From an uncultured archaeon (lineage in GTDB: Archaea; Asgardarchaeota; Lokiarchaeia; Sigyniarchaeales; SOKP01): a stretch of 64,000 nucleotides of DNA. The position numbers and the translations under genes are program-made. Location of the stretch: assembly GCA_964486045.1 (NCBI GenBank), contig CAZALK010000002.1:192001-256000 (forward strand), given 5' to 3'. Position 1 is the stretch's first letter, and each line of letters starts with the position of its first letter. The notes beneath the pieces are model-generated. The model made no database searches. It was given only the letters and a program-made list of their open reading frames with translations, and was not told where the DNA came from. Positions 9,547 through 18,241 of this stretch are shown piece by piece.

Positions 9547-12231
9547 TTAATTTTTCACTTTTAGCATGTTTCTTAGAACAGTGTGCAAAATTCCCCCATT
9601 TTGATAATATTCAATATCTATAGGAGTGTCTAATCTTGCAATTACTTTAAATTTTAAATCCTCCCCATTGAGTCTTCTTGCAATTACATTTAATTCCGAT
9701 AAGGGTTCAATATCCTTGATTCCAAAGATACTAATGGTTTCTTCTCCTGTTAATTCTAGGCTATTTGCACTTTCACCATTTTTAAATTGAAGTGGTAAAA
9801 CCCCCATTCCAACTAGATTACTTCTATGAATTCTTTCAAATGATTCGGCAATTACTGCTTTTACTCCTAACAGTTGCGTACCTTTTGCGGCCCAATCACG
9901 TGAGCTCCCCATACCGTAATCTTTACCTGCAATAACAATTAAGGGAGTGTCAGAATTTATATACTTCATAGCTGCATCATAAATAGGCATTATTTCCTTT
10001 CTGGGATGATAAATTGTCCAACCTCCTTCTCTATTAACAAGAAGATTTTTAATTCGGATGTTACCAAATGTCCCACGCGTCATAACTTCATCATTTCCTC
10101 TTCTTGATCCAAATGAGTTGAAATCTTCAACATTTATTCCCTTTGATTTTAGATATTTTCCCGCAGGCATATCTACAGGGATTGCACCAGCGGGTGAAAT
10201 ATGATCTGTGGTGACACTCCCTCCCAAGAGTGCAATTACTCGCGCTGCTTTTATATCTGGAGACGATGGTCTTTCTAAAGGAAAATCTATAAAGAAGGGT
10301 GGTTCTTTTATATAGGTTGAATCTTCTTCCCATAGGTATACATCTTCTTTTGGAGGTTTTAGTTCATTCCATAAGTCCCAACCTTTAAAGATCTCACCAT
10401 ACTCTTTATTAAATAATTTAGCAGTGACAAATTTATCACTCAAATCTGTAATTTCACTTGAGTGTGGCCAAATATCTTTTAAATAAACAGGGTTTCCCCT
10501 CGGATCATTTCCTAATGGTTCATTTTCCATGTTTATTGCTACAGTACCTGCTAAAGCAAACGCTACAACTAAAGGTGGGGATGCAAGATAATTTATTCTT
10601 GTGTATGGACTAATTCTTCCTTCGAAGTTTCGATTTCCGCTTAGAACTGATGCTACTACCAAATTTTTATCCTGAATTTCATTAATTAATTCAGTTTTTA
10701 ATGGACCGCTATTTCCAATACAGGTTGTACAACCAAAACCTACTAAGTTGAAACCTAATTCTTCTAAAAAATGTAATAATCCAGCATCTTTTAAATAATC
10801 AATTACAACTCGGGATCCAGGAGCAAAACTAGTTTTAACAAAACTTTTAACTTTTAAGCCTTTTTCTAAGGCATTTCTTGCTAGAAGTGCAGCCCCGATC
10901 ATTACAGCTGGGTTCGACGTGTTAGTGCAAGAAGTAATAGCGGCAATGACAACTGAGCTATGACTTAAGTTATTCCCATCTGATATTTTTTCAAGTTCAT
11001 TACTCTTATTAAGTGTATTCTTCATATGCTCTGTAAAGTTTGTCTTCATCTTATTTGCTGGAATACGATCTTGAGGACGTGTTGGACCTGCTAAACTTGG
11101 TTCAATATTACTTAGGTTTATCTCTAAATTTTCACTAAAATTTGGTGGGGGAGCACTATCTGTATAAAACATTCCTACTCTCTTTGCATATTGCTCAACA
11201 AAATCAATATTATCTTTTTTTCTCCCACTATTTCTTAAATAATTCAAGGTTTCTTCTGTGATGGGAAAATATCCCATTGTTGCACCATATTCGGGAGACA
11301 TATTTGCAATGGTTGCTCGATCTGCAAGGCTTAATTTTTTTAGTCCTGAACCATAAAATTCGACAAATTTCCCAACTACACCAAATTTTCTAAGAATTTG
11401 AGTAATAGTTAATACAATATCTGTAGCGGTTATTCCTTCTTTGACATCCCCTATTAACTTAACCCCAACAACTTTAGGAACATTCATATATATGGGTTGC
11501 CCTAAAATGACCGCTTCGGCCTCTATCCCCCCGACACCCCAGCCAAAAACTGACAACCCATTTATCATCGTTGTATGGGAATCAGTTCCAACTAAAGTAT
11601 CTGGGTATCCGATTAGACCATTATTTTCTTCTTTTAAATGAATGACAGATGCTAAATATTCTAAGTTAACTTGATGACATATTCCTCTACTCGTAGGTAC
11701 AACCCTGAAATTTTTATAAACAGATTGTGCCCATTTAAGAAATTTATAGCGTTCATGATTACGTTCCATTTCCACTTTTTCATTCAAATCTCTCGCATCA
11801 TTTGATCCATAATAATCAACTTGAACTGAATGATCAATAACCAAGTCTACTGGTATTTTAGGATTTATATCTGAAGGATTTCCACCTGCCCTCTTTATGG
11901 CTGATCTCAGAGCAGCTAGATCTACAACTGAAGGAACTCCTGTAAAGTCTTGTAATAATACTCTTGATGGAATATAGGGTACCTCACTTATTAAATCACT
12001 TTTAGAGTCCCATTGACATACCATAAGTAAGTGATCCATCGTAACACGCTTACCATCTAGATTTCTTAAAAGATTTTCAAGTAATATTCTATGGGAATAT
12101 GGTAATTTGTTTGGATCACCTAATTTTAAATCCTTTAATTTTTGAATATTATAAATCAAAACATCTCCTACTTTGGATTTAATAGTATCCTTAACCTTTG
12201 ATTTAATTTCTTGCTCATCCATTATTCTCAC
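9547..12231 (-). CDS. acnA: Aconitate hydratase A (IRP/AcnA type)
   Basis: LLQDFTGVP, DHSVQVD, GICHQVNLE, GTDSHT, AITSCTNTSNP, GCTTCIGNSG, TTDHISPAG, GSSRDWAAKG. Start may be ATG 12222. Confidence 0.95.
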   Translation of the reverse strand: MRIMDEQEIKSKVKDTIKSKVGDVLIYNIQKLKDLKLGDPNKLPYSHRILLENLLRNLDGKRVTMDHLLMVCQWDSKSDLISEVPYIPSRVLLQDFTGVPSVVDLAALRSAIKRAGGNPSDINPKIPVDLVIDHSVQVDYYGSNDARDLNEKVEMERNHERYKFLKWAQSVYKNFRVVPTSRGICHQVNLEYLASVIHLKEENNGLIGYPDTLVGTDSHTTMINGLSVFGWGVGGIEAEAVILGQPIYMNVPKVVGVKLIGDVKEGITATDIVLTITQILRKFGVVGKFVEFYGSGLKKLSLADRATIANMSPEYGATMGYFPITEETLNYLRNSGRKKDNIDFVEQYAKRVGMFYTDSAPPPNFSENLEINLSNIEPSLAGPTRPQDRIPANKMKTNFTEHMKNTLNKSNELEKISDGNNLSHSSVVIAAITSCTNTSNPAVMIGAALLARNALEKGLKVKSFVKTSFAPGSRVVIDYLKDAGLLHFLEELGFNLVGFGCTTCIGNSGPLKTELINEIQDKNLVVASVLSGNRNFEGRISPYTRINYLASPPLVVAFALAGTVAINMENEPLGNDPRGNPVYLKDIWPHSSEITDLSDKFVTAKLFNKEYGEIFKGWDLWNELKPPKEDVYLWEEDSTYIKEPPFFIDFPLERPSSPDIKAARVIALLGGSVTTDHISPAGAIPVDMPAGKYLKSKGINVEDFNSFGSRRGNDEVMTRGTFGNIRIKNLLVNREGGWTIYHPRKEIMPIYDAAMKYINSDTPLIVIAGKDYGMGSSRDWAAKGTQLLGVKAVIAESFERIHRSNLVGMGVLPLQFKNGESANSLELTGEETISIFGIKDIEPLSELNVIARRLNGEDLKFKVIARLDTPIDIEYYQNGGILHTVLRNMLKVKN

Positions 12232-12246
12232 AATGTAATCTAAATA

Positions 12247-13491
12247 CTATCTTTTATCAATGTTTTCATACTTCTTATCTAATTCACCCACGTATCTAAG
12301 GCGTGGCCTTATGAGTTTATTATCCGAAAGTTGCTCGAGGGCATGAGCAACCCAGCCAGCACTGCGAGAAGCAGCAAATAATGGGGTAAAAGATGCTGTA
12401 GGTATACCTAATGCATGTAATGCTCCAGCAGAATATAAGTCTACATTAGGATAAATATTTTTGGTTTTTATCATAAATTCGGTAAGGGTTTCAGTCATCT
12501 CATAAATATTATCAATTTCCCCTTTATGAGTTTCATGCTCTGGATCAGGAATCTTTTCTATAATATCAGGATCACTCCATAAATTTTTAGATATTTCGCG
12601 CAATATTCTTGCTCTGGGATCCCATGTTTTATAAACTCGATGACCAAATCCCATGATTCTTTCCTTCTTCTCAAGCTTGTTTTTAGCCCAAGGTATAACT
12701 TTATCCTTTTTCTTTATTTCTCCTAACATAAGATTTATTACTCTTTCATTAGCACCACCATGGAGTGGCCCTCGAAGGGTACCGATAGCACTGGTGATTC
12801 CGCTATATATGTCTGATAATGTAGAAACGGTAACTCGACAAGAAAAAGTACTACTATTTATTGAGTGATCCATATGACAGATTAAAATCTTATCAAAATA
12901 TTCTTCAAATTCCTTGTTCGGGATTTTTCCTGTCATCATATAATAGTAATTACAAGAGTGTGAAAGATCTTCAGAGGGTTCAATTAAAGGTAAATTGCCT
13001 TGAATTCTATGTGAGAATGCTAAAACCGTAGGGATTTTTGCTATAATTCTTATTCCTTTTCTTATATTGGCTTCTTTAGAGAAATCGTAATCATCTGGAT
13101 CATATAGAGACAAAGCAGAAATTGATGTTCTTAATAATTCTATCCTTGTTGTATTTCTAGGAAAACTCTTTAATATTGTAACAATATTGTCTGGAAGTTT
13201 TCGCTCTTTAATTAATACATCTGTGAATGTCTTAAATTCTGATTTTGTCGGAAGTTTTCCATAGATTAATAAATAGGCAACTTCTTCAAAGGATGAATGT
13301 TCGACTAAATCTTTTAAAGGAAAACCTCGATAATAAAGTTTTCCATTCATACCATCTATGTATGTTATAAAGCTTTCATCTACATATATCCCTACTAAAC
13401 CTTTATAAGTTTTTGAACTATCAAGATCGCATAATTTTGCGTCTCCACCCGAATCATAATCATCTTTAATAAAACGCTTATCTCCTTTCAT
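12247..13491 (-). CDS. gltA: Citrate synthase (2-methylcitrate synthase not excluded)
   Basis: GKLYYRG, GPLHGGAN, MGFGHRVYK, DPRA, YPNVD. Lies 15 nt upstream of acnA on the same strand. Confidence 0.9.
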   Translation of the reverse strand: MKGDKRFIKDDYDSGGDAKLCDLDSSKTYKGLVGIYVDESFITYIDGMNGKLYYRGFPLKDLVEHSSFEEVAYLLIYGKLPTKSEFKTFTDVLIKERKLPDNIVTILKSFPRNTTRIELLRTSISALSLYDPDDYDFSKEANIRKGIRIIAKIPTVLAFSHRIQGNLPLIEPSEDLSHSCNYYYMMTGKIPNKEFEEYFDKILICHMDHSINSSTFSCRVTVSTLSDIYSGITSAIGTLRGPLHGGANERVINLMLGEIKKKDKVIPWAKNKLEKKERIMGFGHRVYKTWDPRARILREISKNLWSDPDIIEKIPDPEHETHKGEIDNIYEMTETLTEFMIKTKNIYPNVDLYSAGALHALGIPTASFTPLFAASRSAGWVAHALEQLSDNKLIRPRLRYVGELDKKYENIDKR

Positions 13492-13649
13492 TTTCTTTTA
13501 TTATTAATAAGTAAATGCGTGAATTTACCTTAAAGTAAAAAAGGTAGATATTTAATTCTTAGGCTTTTAAATCATTAATTTTAGGTTGGTTCTTAGAATA
13601 TAATTTAAAAGATAAATTCTTAAATTTAGTTAAAATAAATACTTTAATC

Positions 13650-14165
13650 ATGACCGAACTACACATTTCAACTACAAATAAAGGATTACCACTCGGAACT
13701 AAAGCACCTATGATTGACGAAGAAGATATTGATGGAGATAACGTGAATTTAACTAAATTGTTGGAAAAACACAATGGAGTTTTAATCGATCTATTTAGAG
13801 GAAGTTGGTGAATTCATTGCAGAAAACACCTCACATATTTAAATGAAAATTTATCAATACTAGAAAAACATAATATTAAGTTAATAGCTATCGCAATAGA
13901 TCTTCCTGATAAATTAATAAAAATGAAGTATAAAAACAACTTTAAGATACAGTTTATTACTGATCGCGCCGGAAGAATTAGTAAGGCATATAATGTTTTC
14001 TTAGATAGAAAGAGTGCTGTCCATGATGGATTGCAAATAAGCCATGCGATACCCTCGAAGTTTCTTGTCAATAGAGAAGGAAACATCGTTTGGGAATATA
14101 TCGGAGCAAAAACAGATAGACCATCAATCGAATTAATTGAAGATGCAATTATAAAATATCTATAA
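13650..14165 (+). CDS. Peroxiredoxin-like (AhpC/TSA, thioredoxin fold) selenoprotein, Sec at codon 54
   Basis: ATG 13650 is in frame with TGA 13809-13811 and with the track ORF at 13923. Reads GLPLGTKAP...LFRGSW-U-IHC...ITDRAGRISKAYNV...AIPSKFLVNREGNIVW, i.e. U-x-x-C at the CxxC site. SECIS-like hairpin follows. Confidence 0.92.
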
Positions 14166-14172
14166 TTTATAA

Positions 14173-14240
14173 TCCCATTAAGAATGATTTATGTGCATAA
14201 ATGATTGGCATGTGATGACAACCTTGCAAGGGTTCTGGGA
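14173..14240 (+). promoter_or_regulatory. Eukaryote-like SECIS element in the 3' UTR
   Basis: AUGA (14184-87), N11, AA(A) (14199-201), GA (14217-18). 8-bp helix UUAUGUGC/GCAUGUGA, UGAU/UGAC non-Watson-Crick core, basal helix UCCCA/UGGGA. Confidence 0.85.
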
Positions 14241-14314
14241 ATAAATGTTTCTTTTTTTTGAACGAATATATTAAGATTTAAAAATAAATAAAACTTAATG
14301 ATTAGCAATCCAGC

Positions 14315-14566
14315 TTGGCAAGTGTAAATAAAATGGATAAAATAGTAAAAATTAAAATAGTAAAAAAAGTCTTGCTCTTTATCTTTATATTAATAGCTAC
14401 GTTCAGCCTGTTCATGTTTATGGGTAGTTTTTTTATTAGTGAATTGCCTAGCACAATATCTTCTGGAATTTATTTCATCTTAGTATTCACAATGAGCATA
14501 TCTGCGATTGTAGTAAAATATGTCGGAGATATAGTAATTGTAGCGTTAGATAGAGATAGAGAATAA
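14315..14566 (+). CDS. Small two-TM membrane protein, unknown function
   Basis: Two hydrophobic segments in 83 aa. Start uncertain. Confidence 0.5.
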   Translation: MASVNKMDKIVKIKIVKKVLLFIFILIATFSLFMFMGSFFISELPSTISSGIYFILVFTMSISAIVVKYVGDIVIVALDRDRE

Positions 14567-14593
14567 AAGAATCGTCTTCTATTAGATTTAGAT

Positions 14594-15649
14594 TTAAACG
14601 AGGATATCGGAACTTATATCTTGTAATGTTTTACAATTTACCATCTTCATAGCTTTCTGAAGGGTTTTCTGCATATATTCCATATGAAGCTGTACTCCTT
14701 TAATACCTGCTCCAACAGAAGCTCGAATAATGTCACGTCCGATCAGAACAGAATCAGCTCCAAGTGCCAGCATTTTTAATACATCATAACCATTACGAAT
14801 TCCACCATCAACCATAATTTTAATCTTACCCTTCAATTCTGCAACAATCTGAGGTAAAATTTCTGCAGTTCCAGGAGTATAATCTAAGACTCTTCCACCA
14901 TGATTGGAAACAACAATAGCTGATACTCCAGCTTCCATAGCTTTAAAGGCATCCTCAATACACATTACTCCTTTTATTACAATCGGAAGTTTTGTCGAAG
15001 AAACTAATTCTTTGATATCATCAATAGATTTTTTAAACACAGGTTTATTATGAGTAGCCATTGCATATGATCCACAGCCATCTATATCTATACCAACAGC
15101 AATACATCCAGTGGTTTCTGCCTTTTCAAAAAACTTAATTATTGTTTCTTGTCCTCTAGGTTTTACAATTTTTACCCCATGTCCATCAGCTTCAGCAATA
15201 GCATTAATACCATATGTATTTTCAAGGGAATAAGTATAAGTATCTCCTCTCCATCCTATTGATCCCGCATCCTTACATCCCTGAACAACGGCAGAACAAA
15301 AGTCTTGTTCAGTAATAACTTCATCACCCCCAAAACTATTAACTCCTGCAACACTAGCACCCATTATTGGCATTGTTAATTCTTTTCCAAAAAAGTTATG
15401 GCGTGTATCAACAGTAAAATCTTCTTCCATTAATTTCATTTTTAATTTATATTTTCTAAGTGCTAAAAAATTGTTGTTAAAACTAGCTCCACTTCCAATT
15501 CCTCCAATACCAAGAGCTCTCCCATAACTCTGCCCTTGACAGAGTCTACGAGGGTCTCCATCGCAATCTTTGTAGACTCCACATATCCCTTTTAACTTGT
15601 CTCTCGCAATTTTCCTAACATCTTCTAGTGTTTTAATTTCAGGCGTTAT
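14594..15649 (-). CDS. FMN-dependent alpha-hydroxy-acid dehydrogenase with Cys-containing N-terminus; probable ATA start
   Basis: LPIVIKGV, IVVSNHGGR, DGGIRNG, LIGR. The frame extends 70 codons upstream of the track ATG (ITPEIKTLEDVRKIARDKLKGICGVYKDCDG...LCQG) to ATA 15649 behind GAGGTG. Confidence 0.88.
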   Translation of the reverse strand: MTPEIKTLEDVRKIARDKLKGICGVYKDCDGDPRRLCQGQSYGRALGIGGIGSGASFNNNFLALRKYKLKMKLMEEDFTVDTRHNFFGKELTMPIMGASVAGVNSFGGDEVITEQDFCSAVVQGCKDAGSIGWRGDTYTYSLENTYGINAIAEADGHGVKIVKPRGQETIIKFFEKAETTGCIAVGIDIDGCGSYAMATHNKPVFKKSIDDIKELVSSTKLPIVIKGVMCIEDAFKAMEAGVSAIVVSNHGGRVLDYTPGTAEILPQIVAELKGKIKIMVDGGIRNGYDVLKMLALGADSVLIGRDIIRASVGAGIKGVQLHMEYMQKTLQKAMKMVNCKTLQDISSDILV

Positions 15650-15665
15650 ACGTTCACCTCAAAAA

Positions 15666-17057
15666 TTACACCATTTTTTTAGGATCTAATAACTCATCTA
15701 AATTATCTATTTTCAAACCCATTTCTGTAATTACTTTTTTACATGTTTTTCCTTCTTTATATGCTCTTTGTGCAATCTCTGAACATTTATCGTACCCAAT
15801 TATAGGTGCGAGATTTGTTATTGTCATGAGCATTTCTTCTAGTTGATTATTTATTTGTTCTTCATTTGCTTTTAAATCTATTAAGCAATTATCAATAAAT
15901 GAATTGATCCCTCCCATAAGAATATCAAATGATTCAAGTAAATTTACAATCATTACAGGTTTACATACATTTAAATCTAAAATACTTCCATATGCTTCCC
16001 CAAAAGAAATAATATAATCATTTCCTAAAACCTGAAGACATACTTGGATTAATGCTTCAGATTGAGTCGGGTTTACCTTTCCAGGCATGATAGAGGAACC
16101 AGGCTCATTTTGAGGTAAAATTAGCTCTGCTAATCCTGCTCGTGGTCCACTACCCATCCAACGAATATCGTTTGCCATTTTTAAAAGAGACAAAGATAGC
16201 AATCGTAAATTACCACTAACATTAACAATAGTGTTATGTGAAGCAATTCCTTCCGCTTTTACAAGATTAATCTTAAATGGTATATTCGTTAATTTTGAAA
16301 GATGAGTAACGGTAAGTCTAGCAAAATCTTCATGAGCATTTAACCCTGTTCCCAATGCTGTCCCCCCTATTGGAATATGATATAATTCATTACAAACATC
16401 TCGTATTCTTTCTATGCTAGTTTCGATTTGTTTTTTATACACTTCAAATTCTAGAGATAAAGGTATTGGAACAGCATCTTGTAGGTGTGTTCTCCCTACT
16501 TTAACAATATCTTTATATTCTTTAATTTTAGTGTCCAAGGATTCTACAAGTTTTTTTAATGTTGGAAGGAGTTGTTGAATCATATGTAATGTGGATATAT
16601 GCATAGCACTAGGAATAACATCGTTCGACGATTGACTTTTATTTACATGATCATTTGGATGCACAGGGTGTTTTTTTCCCATAGGAAATCCAAGTACTTG
16701 ATTTGCTCGATTTGCCAGAACTTCGTTTATGTTCATATTCGTCTGAGTTCCACTACCGGTTTGAAAAATATCAATAGGAAATTGATCATAATACTTATCC
16801 TCCTCTAAAATTTCGTTTACTGCCTTTAGTATAGCATCTCCTTTCTCTTTATCGACTATATCTAAATCCATATTAGCTAAAAGGCACGCTTTTTTTAATT
16901 CCGCCAAAGAAGTAATGAAAATCTGAGGAAATTTGACTCCACTTATCTGGAAATTTTGAATTGCTCTTTGTGTGTTTATTCCCCAGAATACATCTTTTGG
17001 GACCTCAATTTCACCTAAAACGTCTTTTTCGATACGAAAATTCATAATTAATTTCAC
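15666..17057 (-). CDS. fumC: Class II fumarate hydratase
   Basis: FQTGSGTQTNMN, HPNDHVN, SQSSND, GRTHLQDA, GSSIMPGKVNP. Start probably ATG 17045. Confidence 0.92.
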   Translation of the reverse strand: MKLIMNFRIEKDVLGEIEVPKDVFWGINTQRAIQNFQISGVKFPQIFITSLAELKKACLLANMDLDIVDKEKGDAILKAVNEILEEDKYYDQFPIDIFQTGSGTQTNMNINEVLANRANQVLGFPMGKKHPVHPNDHVNKSQSSNDVIPSAMHISTLHMIQQLLPTLKKLVESLDTKIKEYKDIVKVGRTHLQDAVPIPLSLEFEVYKKQIETSIERIRDVCNELYHIPIGGTALGTGLNAHEDFARLTVTHLSKLTNIPFKINLVKAEGIASHNTIVNVSGNLRLLSLSLLKMANDIRWMGSGPRAGLAELILPQNEPGSSIMPGKVNPTQSEALIQVCLQVLGNDYIISFGEAYGSILDLNVCKPVMIVNLLESFDILMGGINSFIDNCLIDLKANEEQINNQLEEMLMTITNLAPIIGYDKCSEIAQRAYKEGKTCKKVITEMGLKIDNLDELLDPKKMV

Positions 17058-17191
17058 TTATAATTTGAATTTTTATAAGGTTATTAGAAAAGCGGTAATA
17101 AAAAAAGTTTATATTAATATTCAATAAATTTCGATGATGTGTTAATAAATAAATAATGAAATTTACAGAATGTAAAGATTATAAAAGTCCT

Positions 17192-18118
17192 TTAAATAAA
17201 TTCCCTGATTAAAGAATTGATCTCATTGGGACACTCATTAATTACCCAGTGAGAGCCACGTTTGATACATTTAATTGTTAAATCTGGGACATATTCGTCA
17301 AGTCCTTTAAGGTTATGAACTGTTAATGCTGTGTCTTTTTCTCCCCAAATAACTAAGGTAGGAACGTTTATCATAAGCGGTATAGCAGTTGATGGACTAT
17401 CGGCCAATGCTGTTATCTCTTCTCCTTTTTCAGGAGGAGGTAATCCTCCAGCGCGATAATAATTTAACCCTCCAGTTAAAGCCCCAGGTTCAGACCATGC
17501 ATTTTTATAAATCTCGCGATCATCATCATCAAATTCTATTTCAGAATTGACAACAATATCGAACAAAGCTTTATAGTTATTAGCAGATAACCATCCCTCA
17601 GCTATATAGCCATTCTCATTTTTAGATCGAAAGAATAATATATATTGGCTAGATGATTGTTGCTCCTCATTGTTTGCAATTAATTTTCCAAACGTATTTG
17701 GGTGCGGAGCATTTATGATGATTAATTTCTCAACTAACTCAGGGTGCAAGTTTGCAAAAGGCCAAGCAACAACACCGCCCCAATCATGGCCCACTAATAT
17801 AAATTTCTTACGTCCAAAATGTTCTTCTACTAAAGCTCTAATATCTTCAACGATATATCCAGGTTGATATTGTTCTATATCCTCAGGTTTAGATGAGGTA
17901 TTATATCCTCTCATATCAGGAGCTACTGCCAAATAATCTTTAGAAAATTCTAAAAGCTGATCTCTCCACATATACCAGAATTGCGGAAATCCATGCAAGA
18001 AAATGATCAATTTACCATCATCATTACCTGTTTTAACATAATGAAGTTTTACATTGTTTATTTCAGCAAATTCGCTTTTAAATTCTGGAAATTTTTTCTT
18101 TATTATTTCTTCGGACAT
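17192..18118 (-). CDS. Alpha/beta hydrolase, epoxide-hydrolase-like
   Basis: HGFP, DMRGY, GHDWGG (Asp nucleophile), LNYYRA, WGEKD, SHW. Confidence 0.88.
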   Translation of the reverse strand: MSEEIIKKKFPEFKSEFAEINNVKLHYVKTGNDDGKLIIFLHGFPQFWYMWRDQLLEFSKDYLAVAPDMRGYNTSSKPEDIEQYQPGYIVEDIRALVEEHFGRKKFILVGHDWGGVVAWPFANLHPELVEKLIIINAPHPNTFGKLIANNEEQQSSSQYILFFRSKNENGYIAEGWLSANNYKALFDIVVNSEIEFDDDDREIYKNAWSEPGALTGGLNYYRAGGLPPPEKGEEITALADSPSTAIPLMINVPTLVIWGEKDTALTVHNLKGLDEYVPDLTIKCIKRGSHWVINECPNEINSLIREFI

Positions 18119-18241
18119 CTTATTATACCTTCAAATTATTAGACTATATTGTCCAAAAACTACGATACATAATCTAAATAATCTAAATTAAATTATATTT
18201 TGTAATATTTTTCAACTATTAAAAATTCGTAGTGAGTTTTT

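Noticed and set aside
13559-14086. Minus-strand ORFs 13559-13774 and 13814-14086, and the 80-aa ORF at 13923
   Set aside because: Antisense shadows and the C-terminal fragment of the selenoprotein gene.
15659-18235. In-frame TGA codons upstream of the FMN dehydrogenase (15659-15661) and GH3 (18233-18235) as further Sec sites
   Set aside because: Not at Cys-type motifs, no coding-like sequence before them, and no SECIS seen downstream.
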